DNA of 64,000 bases from the human T2T-CHM13v2.0 reference genome, Homo sapiens, in the NCBI RefSeq assembly GCF_009914755.1, contig NC_060927.1; one strand, 5' to 3'. This document shows, in pieces, positions 55,501 through 64,000 of the stretch; the stretch's first letter is position 1; every line of letters starts with the position of its first letter. The notes beneath the pieces are model-generated. The model worked only from the letters and a program-made list of their open reading frames with translations. It was not told where the DNA came from and did not search any database. A program made the translations under genes and the position numbers.

Positions 55501-57029
55501 AACAAATTTTAAAAGCATGCTAAGTAATGAAAAGCTGGGCAACTCTGTCAAAGTCTTATGGCCCTGAAGAAATGTGTACTTAACTTGAAGTTTCTTTCTC
55601 TTAGTATGTGTTTCATACTTACCACATATCAATTACTTCCCTACTAAATAAAACCTGTGTGGGCAGAAGGCAAAATGTGATGACTCTGTGTGAAAGTTAA
55701 TGATTCAGGACTCACATAAAGCTTAGCTTCAAAAAGGTCTTTGAGGTTCACATCTGATCACATCCACTATGAACAAGAGCAGATGGCATGTCAGTAGTTG
55801 ACAGGGCATCAGCGCTGTGGGATTAGCTTGGCATCTCTGTAAGTGTTCAGGAAGGGGGATTAAAAACTTCCAGGTTGGCAGCTACTTTCCCCACTCCTGC
55901 ACTTTAAATGTCATATAACTTCATCCAGGCTAAACATGACAGATGATGTTTCTATTCCCACCGGATTTGCTTTGCAGTATCATTGCAAGAAATGTGGAAA
56001 CAATCAAGACATCCTACATTTCAATATCAACTTGATCCGGGGCTAGGAGAAGTATAAAAATGACTTGGAGCCAAAATATCCAAAAAGAGAAACTTGACAG
56101 CCCTCTTTGTGGTTACTCTTTAGAAGCTACTCTTTATATACTCGCTCGATGCATCTCTCAGCCATGAAAATAAACCCTAGGATGCATGCTTAAAAACGAG
56201 AAAGAATCTATATAGGTCAAATGGAAACCAGACAGAGAGCAGAATGAAAACCAGGCTATGATGAAACTCTGTCTTTCTGTTCTCTTTTGGCTTTACTTTC
56301 ATGGTCTTTTTATGAAGAGTATCAGTGCATTTGCTGCTGCCAGATGTTTGTTGTATGGTAAATTTGGGGGATCATAAGAGAGAGTAAAAGTGTCCAAGAA
56401 CCAGGGGAGAATCTGCAATAAATGTTGGACAGTGAAATGTAAACATTGGTGGTCAAGGTAGAAACTAGCCACACAGGTTGCTTTACAAAAATGTTTTCCA
56501 GACTTGGCACAAAGCCCAATGTGAGAGAAGAAAAAAAGAAAAGAAGCAATAAATAAATCAGGATAAATAGAATTATTTAACTCTTAAAAATGAAAAACAA
56601 AGTAGGGATCAGTGGGACAATCCCCAGGTCATATTATAAAGCCCACATAGCTCTGTTATTTTCCAATACGTGAGCTACTATTCCATTTCATTTCCCAAGT
56701 ATAAAATCATTAGTATTGTGAGCAGTGGCATTTCACTTGAAACAAAAAAGCTTCATAGCACCGAGGGGTCTCTCAGAAGAATAGAGGTATTTAAAAGAAA
56801 AGTTGGTGCAGTAATTTTCTTTGAAATAAAATATTGCATCATTATCTGACGTTGTCATTAATTTTCAGGCTATGCTTAGAATTTCCGTGGCAAAGGAAAA
56901 AAAAGGATGCATATTAAGGGCACAGAACAGGCCATGAAAGGGGACTGCTTTCAATAATGAGAACTGAGCATGTAGAGGCCAGTCCCACCACTGTTATTTG
57001 CATAGGAAGTCATAATATCAGGTTACATA

Positions 57030-57197
57030 CATTCTTTTTAACCTGTCTTCATAGGTCTCAATGATGAGCTTCAGGTGGTAAAAGAAGCCCCTGAAATAGA
57101 ATGGTAAATGCACGTCTAACTTTTGGGGGAAAGATGGTCCACTGCCTTTTATCAGAATTTAAAGGGATCTATAATCCCAACAAATCTAAGAGCTATT
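57030..57197 (+). mobile_element. MER103-like hAT DNA transposon relic
   Basis: 'ttttgggggaaagatggtccactgccttttatcagaatttaaagggatctataatcccaacaaatctaagagctatt' resembles the recalled MER103C 3' half. Confidence 0.5.
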
Positions 57198-57324
57198 AAA
57201 AAAGAAAATCTTTGAAGTTTTCTCTAGTTTTATGCTTCTCAATTTTATGCTGTTTATGTCAAGATAAAACTAATGGATAATTTCTAAAAAAGGATGATTA
57301 GAAATTATAAATAATAGTGATATA

Positions 57325-57552
57325 AATAGGTCATAGTTTTTGAGTATTTACAATATGCCAGGCACTTTTCTTTATAAACCTTATCTTATTTAGTGCACAA
57401 AACAATCTTATAAAGTAGGTATTTTTATTGTTGGTTACTTCAGGAAACAGGGACAGATGATTTTCCAATGAGCAAACAACTGGGAGGTGGCAGAACCTGT
57501 CATAAAAGCTATATGGGCTAACTCCAAAGCTGGGGTTTCCATGACTGTACTT
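57325..57552 (-). mobile_element. MIR, antisense
   Basis: 'ttgagtatttacaatatgccaggcac...aacaatcttataaagtaggtattttta...ggtggcagaac...ctccaaagc'. Confidence 0.7.
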
Positions 57553-57985
57553 TACAACATTTTCATAATGACATGATTATGTAACCTTTTCCAAAAACAA
57601 GAGAAAAATTAATATTTTCTTTGAAAGTGCAGGACCACACATGGGATACAGTATAAGAAAAGGGGAAAAAATGTATTTTGCCTGCTAGCATTTTAATCCA
57701 CGAGTATTAGGACTTAAACAAGTATCAAATTGCAAAAGAAAGAAGAAAGCACAGAACAGTGTGCTATACAGACAGCCAAAGCCAACATATGCGCCTCGGG
57801 TGTCTTGGGTACGAGCTCGCTCACAGGCAATATCAATGTCTCAAGTTCCAAGCTTTCTTGGATCCCATCTTCCTTGTAAAGTGCACTGAAGCTGCAAGTC
57901 ATTCAGTCACTCAGATTTATTTTACCCTATGGACAACTCTACTGATGTTTGGGGGATTTCAAGGGGGGAAGAGGGATGATCTGTG

Positions 57986-58162
57986 TAGGGCCGGCTTTAT
58001 GGTGTGCAACTTGTGTAGTCACACAGGACCCCGTGCCTAGAAGGGTCCTGCAATTGTTTTAGTGCTCTGCTGTTGCCATCTTGAAAATTTTAACACATTT
58101 TGGAAAGGGGCCTCTGCATATTCATTTTGCACTGTGCCCTGAAAATTAGGTAGCTGGTCTTG
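57986..58162 (+). mobile_element. MER45A hAT-Tip100 DNA transposon, full length (~177 bp)
   Basis: 'tagggccggctttatggtgtgcaacttgtgtagtcacacaggacccc...ttcattttgcactgtgccctgaaaattaggtagctggtcttg'. Confidence 0.88.
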
Positions 58163-59657
58163 GTCTTGTTTTGAAGGTTACGTATTACATATTTTCTGTT
58201 TTAACTGAATCATCAAGCTTTATTCACATTAAGAGCTGATCACAGACACAGGAATGGGCTAGAGAGTAAGAAGGGTGACTCTTAGGTGTCTACAAAGTAC
58301 CATCCACTATGCAACCATGCACACTACATACTTCATCCTATTTCATCCCTTTAATCCATGTATGCTAAATGTGGAAAAATGCCTTAATCTTCATCAAACT
58401 GATACTTCCATTTTTACAGTTAATCGATTCAGTTCAGTGAGGCGGATTCAAGCAATGAAAAAGAATTCAATTAAGCTGTTTCCCCTCCGGTCTTGAAGAC
58501 TGCTCATCTGTCATGCACAGAAACACAGCCTGATGAGAGTCTTCATGCCTGATAGGATATCTTCTGGAGGTGACTGAGGGCTACTAGTGGGTGTCTGAAC
58601 ATGACAAAGCTGCTTAATCCACCTACTTGTGTTTCATGTCCTTATAGTGCTGAAATACAGCACTATATGCCCAATTAAACATCTATTTCCTGGATAGTTT
58701 TAATTTAAAGGGTATTGGAAACTTAATTCTAACTCAGTTTTTCTTTAGCTTTCCAATACAAGAAGCACTTCAACAGAGCAAAAGATGTGTTCTTTCTTCT
58801 TACTTACCAACACTGCTTAACTAGTCATGGGACATTTACTCTCACAGGCACTTGTAATTTAACTTAAACTACAGATTAAAATATATTTATCCTATTTTTC
58901 TAGAAAATACACATCACACTTTTAAAAATGTATTTGTATTTTTATACTTATCCTCTGAAAATCTTTTTTTGACTTTTTCTATTATACTTTAAGTTCTGAA
59001 AATCTTAAGCAATTTTAGAGCAATGCACAGAACTCTCTTAAAGAACCACTAATCAAATATCTTTCATGTGTAAAATCAGGATCAAGAGAATGTATTTAAA
59101 AGTGCCTTCAAAGCTGTAAAAATGAATAAAACATTTATTACTCCCCTAAGAGGGTTAAAGAATGGGTGCAATGATGAAACAAAGTTTGCTGTTAGTTGGA
59201 TTTATAGTATGAGGCTCTTTCTAAGAGGAGTTGATATGAAGAAAGAGGGTTCTCAAGCATCTGGAGGATAACAGGAGGCCCCTGAATGCTGGAGCGAGAT
59301 AGAGAGATATAATATCAACCTTGCGTGTCAAGGAAGGCAGACAGGAGCAAATGAGAAGTTTGTCATTTTTCCCACTTCATATGGTTTTTTTTCTGAGCCA
59401 GTTTAGACTAAAATCTTAAACTGGTCATAAGAAACAAGTTTGACCTCTGTTAGAATAGCACAGTATACTCTTTGGTTGCTCTGAATCAAATTTCTAAAAT
59501 GAAGCAAGGTGAAAAGATCAGTTACTGCCTCAGAGGAGCGTTTTTCTGACATGTCAGCGGCACACAGTAAGAGATGCAATATAAGCAGTACATGGCATGC
59601 ACCTGAAACTTTTTATTATCTCATTCAATCTGAAAAGTGTGGCTAGGTATTACTCTC

Positions 59658-60276
59658 TGTGGCAGGCACACCCAAAGGTGACCTTCAGTGAATCATGGCT
59701 TTGCATAAGCCCCTCTACCTGACTGCAAATGAAATCTTTGACTTGATTCTAACTAATAAAATACATCAGAAGTGATGGGTTATTACTACCTTGATTAGGC
59801 TACATCAAATGTCACTCATGTGATGATATTATGTTACACAAAATTTAGTCTTTGCAGAGTGGAACTAGAGCCTCTCTTAGCTGACTTTTTGAGGAAGGCA
59901 GCAATGTTTAGGAAGTCCATGTGGCAAGAACTTATGGGTGACCTTGAGGAACTGCAAGACCTGAGGACAGTCAACAGTCAACAACCAGCAAATAACCAAG
60001 ACCCTCAGTCATACAACTTTAAGGATATTAATTCTGCCAACTCCTTTGGTGAGCTTGGAAGTGCATGTGTTCTGTCATGCCTCTGCATTGAAAGTGCAGT
60101 CCAGCCAACACTTGATTGCTGCCTTGCATGACCCCATGCAGAGGACTTGTTGTAGACTCCCAACTCTTAGAAACTGCAGTTATAGAGTCCCAACTTCTAG
60201 AAACTACAGGATGATTAATGAATGTTGTAAGCTACTAAGCTGTGATAATTTGTTAGCCATCAATAAAATGATAATA
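59658..60276 (+). mobile_element. MaLR solo LTR, MLT1E-like
   Basis: 'tgtggcagg...ccatgtggcaagaactt...gaccctcagtcatacaactttaaggatattaattctgccaac...gtgagcttggaagtg...aagctactaagctgtgataatttgtta'. Confidence 0.8.
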
Positions 60277-60278
60277 TA

Positions 60279-60649
60279 TGATATGGTTTGGCTGTGTCCC
60301 CCCAATCCAAGTCTCATCTTGAATTGTAACTCCCACAATTCCCACACATCATGAAAGGAACCTGGTGAGAGGTAATTAAATTATGGGGCAGGTCTTTCCT
60401 GCATTGTTCTCATGATGGCCAATAAGTTGCACAAGATCTGATGGTTTTAAAATCAGGAGTTTCCCTGCACAAGCTCTCTCTTTGCCTGTCGCCATCCACA
60501 TAAGATGTAACTTGCTCCTCCTTGCCTTCCACCATTATTGTGAGGCCTCCACAGCCATGTGGAACTGTAAGTCCATTAAACATCTCTCTTTTGTAAATTG
60601 TCCAGTCTCGGGTATGTCTTTATCATCAGCATGAAAACAGTCTAATACA
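60279..60649 (+). mobile_element. THE1B-like solo LTR
   Basis: 'tgatatggtttggctgtgtcccc...aagtctcatcttgaattgtaactcccacaattcccac...ccagtctcgggtatgtctttatca...ctaataca'; TSD atata/gtata. Confidence 0.92.
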
Positions 60650-61246
60650 GTATACCATTCTGTTTTGCAATGGGACTTAAATATCAGACAGGTTAAGCAT
60701 CTTCAGCCATCTATAGCAGACTTCAAACATGCATCTGTACAGTCTCCAACTCTGCATTTCTCCAATTTTCATCCACACAATCAGCTAATGAACTCTTACT
60801 CCTTTTCCTGAAACTCCAATTTCTGGGTTTCCTACATTTATCTTGCTTTTTTTGTCCAGCTTCTCAAACTTCAATTGTTCTTTACAAGACATTACCATCC
60901 ATCGCTACCCTCCGTGACTGTCTTTGAACCCAGATCTAGAAACCAAGCTTGGGTGCTGATATACATTCTATGTTTTGGTTAAAATTTGGAACTATTCAGC
61001 TGTTGTTGTTTTTTTTTCCCCCTTAGAGAAACCACAAGATAAAAATTAGAAAGGTTCTGAATTCAAGTTTGCTTTCAAGGTGCAAAAGTTTAACAGCACT
61101 ATTTATGAAGTCTCTCTCCTCCTACAAAAGAAGGATTTTAAAAAGCAAAGATGCTTTCATGTTTTCTTATCTTTACTGACAGAAATGATGCATTTTACTG
61201 TTAATAGTCTTACAATTTTATAGAGCGAACAAAATGTTTTGTACAC

Positions 61247-61672
61247 CATTATGGACAGAATTTTTGTGTTTCCTCCGAAATTTATATGAGGAAGCCACAA
61301 CTCCCTGGCTGTATTTGGAGATGGGGCACCTAAGGAAGTAATTAAAGTTAAAAGAGGTCATAAGGGTGGGTCCCTGATCCAGGAAGATTAGTGTCCTTAG
61401 AAGAAGAGACACCAGAGAGTATTCTCCCCGCCCTACCCCACCTCTCTCTGTCTGTCTCTCTCTCTCATCACACAAAGAATAGGTCATGTCAGCATACAGC
61501 CAGAAGGTGACCATCTGCAAACCACGAAGAAAACCCGCAACCCAAACCAAACCCTTCTGGAATCTTGATCTTGGATTTTCCATCCTCCAGAATTGTGAGA
61601 AAATAAATTGCTGTTGCTTTAATCTACCCAGTCTGTTGTATTTTGTTATGGTAGCCCTAACAGACTAGTGCA
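61247..61672 (+). mobile_element. MaLR solo LTR, MLT1A-like
   Basis: 'attatggacagaatttttgtgtttcctccgaaatttatatg...taaggaagtaattaaagttaaaagaggtcataagggtggg...ctccagaattgtgagaaaataaatt...agactagtgca'; TSD tacac/tacat. Confidence 0.88.
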
Positions 61673-61734
61673 TACATCTTTCATTTTTAAAAAAACTCTC
61701 AACATTTGTGGACAAAAAATTATTTCTCCTTCAA

Positions 61735-61938
61735 TATTAAGGCACATATAGTCAACACATCACATCAAATTAGCTGAAAAACTTCTATAAAATACAGTTC
61801 CCAGAGTACCACCTCATTCAGATTCTGATTAAATTAATCTTGGGAGAGACTCTGAAATCTGTTTATAAGAAGCAGCAAGGTGTGCTGGGTGATTGCTTCT
61901 GTTGCTGAAATGCTTGGACCACACGTAGAGAAGCACTG
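61735..61938 (+). mobile_element. MER5-like hAT-Charlie relic
   Basis: 'aaaatacagttcccagagtaccacc...cagattctgattaaattaatcttggg...gaaatctg...ggaccacacgtagagaagcactgctcta'. Confidence 0.6.
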
Positions 61939-64000
61939 CTCTAAGCATTCTTATCTATGTGTCCCTAATGAATTGAGATGATGGAGTAGGGAATGATTCT
62001 TAGTAAGTCAAAGTGCTTATTTATTATTCAAGAATAAAGAAGATATTTAGGACCTAGAACTTTCAGAATGTATATAGGCATCTATGTTCAAATATAATAA
62101 TTGAGATTCTTTTACAATTAATAAAAATGATGTTGTTTTAATGTTTCTACTTTATTTTCCACGTTCATTTTTGCTCCCAAATAAAATACACATGGGAATA
62201 TTCCTTTTCATGCTTACTTTACAAAGTTAATATACATTTAGCATTAAGGTAAAGAATCCTGGGTCTGGGAAACTGAATAAGAAACAGATGTTGGGAAACT
62301 AGTGCAATCTAAAAGGCAGTCTACCTTCATTTCTATTATAAGGAGACCCACATCAGGACCCCTGTTGTGGCTATATTCTCCCAACAGAAGTTTCATTTAG
62401 GTTTTTTTTTTTTCTTTCAGTAATGAAACTCAAGTCAGGAAGTTTTCAAGCTGCTGATACTCCTACAAAGGCTATGGATTATTTTAGGCAAGTGTTATTT
62501 TGAAAATACCTGCCCCATTCAAAACACTGCTGCAGGGCACCAAAGCAATAGAAATTTTCAAGCCCTGCTGCCCATATCTTCCTCCTTCTGATGCCCAGCA
62601 TGACACCCTACAGCAAATACGTGAGCTACTTGCTAAAGAAGAAGTGTTCTTTAAAAAAATCATAATTTGCTAAATCCTGTAGTGTCTCAGAACATTCCCT
62701 ATATATGTCCTTCAAATCTTCACTTTATAGATTCTCAGCTGAGAAGACAACTCCAGAGATATGAAGAAAGCCATACTTTACAGTATTGAGCTGACCCTTC
62801 TTCTGAAAAAGATAACTGCCAAGTCAAGGTTATTATTTGTATGCATTAATTTTTAATTGAGTTTGAGAGCCGAAACTATTTTGATATCCTGATTTTCCCA
62901 AAGAAATTGCTTGCCTAAGTTGATTAATGAGGTAATGACTCAGGAGCCCAAGCAACGAAGCAAGGCGAAGGAATACAGCAGATATATCAAACACTAAAGA
63001 CTTATTTTCCCTAAATTCAGAAAAAAAATTGAGTTTTTTAAAAAGTTTTTAAAATACAGGCTTAGACAAATAAACTTGTGAATTAAAACCATATTCTCTT
63101 ATCATTTTGTATATCATTAAAATATCACCATCAACATTTTTCTTCTACTTTTTATTTCTTGGACGTTTTTTCCTCTCTTTTAACATTATGTTTACTTTCC
63201 TCAGGTTGCAGACCTTTAAGATTTAAGCCTAGATCTGGCTTTGTTTCTTTTCCTTATTCTCAATCTGAACACCCCTTTTATCCTCTGGTCAAATGTCCTA
63301 TACAAAGCACAAGCTCCCCTACTCATTTTACTATTGTTCTACTATTCTACATCATTACTCCAATGATGATTTCATAGACCAGTTAACAAAAGACACCTTC
63401 CATAAAAATAATTTCCTCTCAAATCTACACGATGATTATTTTGTCCAAAATATTCACTATGCATCAATTATATAGTGAAAATATAATTTTTCATCTACCA
63501 GTTTATAAATTTTAAGACACTACTTCTTACAGAGTACTAGCAATAAAACAAAATGGGGCCTAACAATGAGACGCAGATATACGAGTGTATGTTTTGGGAT
63601 GCTGTGGTTAATGTTTCTACATAGCTATATGTCTTCTGCCTGGAGCTACATCTCCACATCATTTTCCCCAAAAACTTGTTTGACAAACCAGTATGTTCAG
63701 TATATGTTAATTAGTCTTGGGGAAAAAAAGGATATGCAATCAAATAAATATGAGAAACACTGTTGCAGTTAAACAAAGTTCATTATATTTATATATTTTA
63801 AAATTTATCTTGAAATAGATAAAGTATACCAAAAAATGAAGTGTTCCAAATTATATGTGCTATCCCTGTACAAGAACTATGATATTATTTTGTGTTTCTT
63901 TGCAATTTTTTGGCATCTGTCCTAGGTGAACAAGCAGAGCTGATTTGCTTTTTGTATTGCAAGGCATCTTGGATTACTGAACATACTAATATATTTTGGG

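Noticed and set aside
55617-55675. Minus-strand acceptor (ttttgccttctgcccacacag) and donor (gtaagt) framing 32 nt
   Set aside because: Very short, not frame-preserving and with no other support; probably chance

Overview
AT-rich, repeat-dense, apparently non-coding primate genomic DNA. AluY and an ERV9/LTR12-type LTR point to a catarrhine or ape, most likely human. I see no credible protein-coding gene, RNA gene or CRISPR array: the longer ORFs lie in Alu, L1, MaLR, MER45 or low-complexity sequence. The window holds 13 Alus, many MaLR/ERVL LTRs (several with target-site duplications, TSDs), L2/MIR relics and hAT DNA transposons (MER45, MER20, MER5, MER103-like). A ~17 kb nested block (about 26950-43660) is ancient L1ME-type sequence invaded by an internally deleted L1MA, three Alus and an MLT1A provirus that itself contains a THE1D/MSTA provirus. 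Other notable structures: an LTR12F solo LTR inserted into an AluY with a 4-bp TSD, a 31-bp near-perfect palindrome between two inverted AluYs, a ~540-bp G-rich purine tract inside an L2, and a twin-primed (5'-inverted) L1PA. I found no evidence for a new biological system; the findings are transposon archaeology, non-B-DNA candidates and weak regulatory or exon hints. Family and subfamily names come from recalled consensus motifs, not from a database search.
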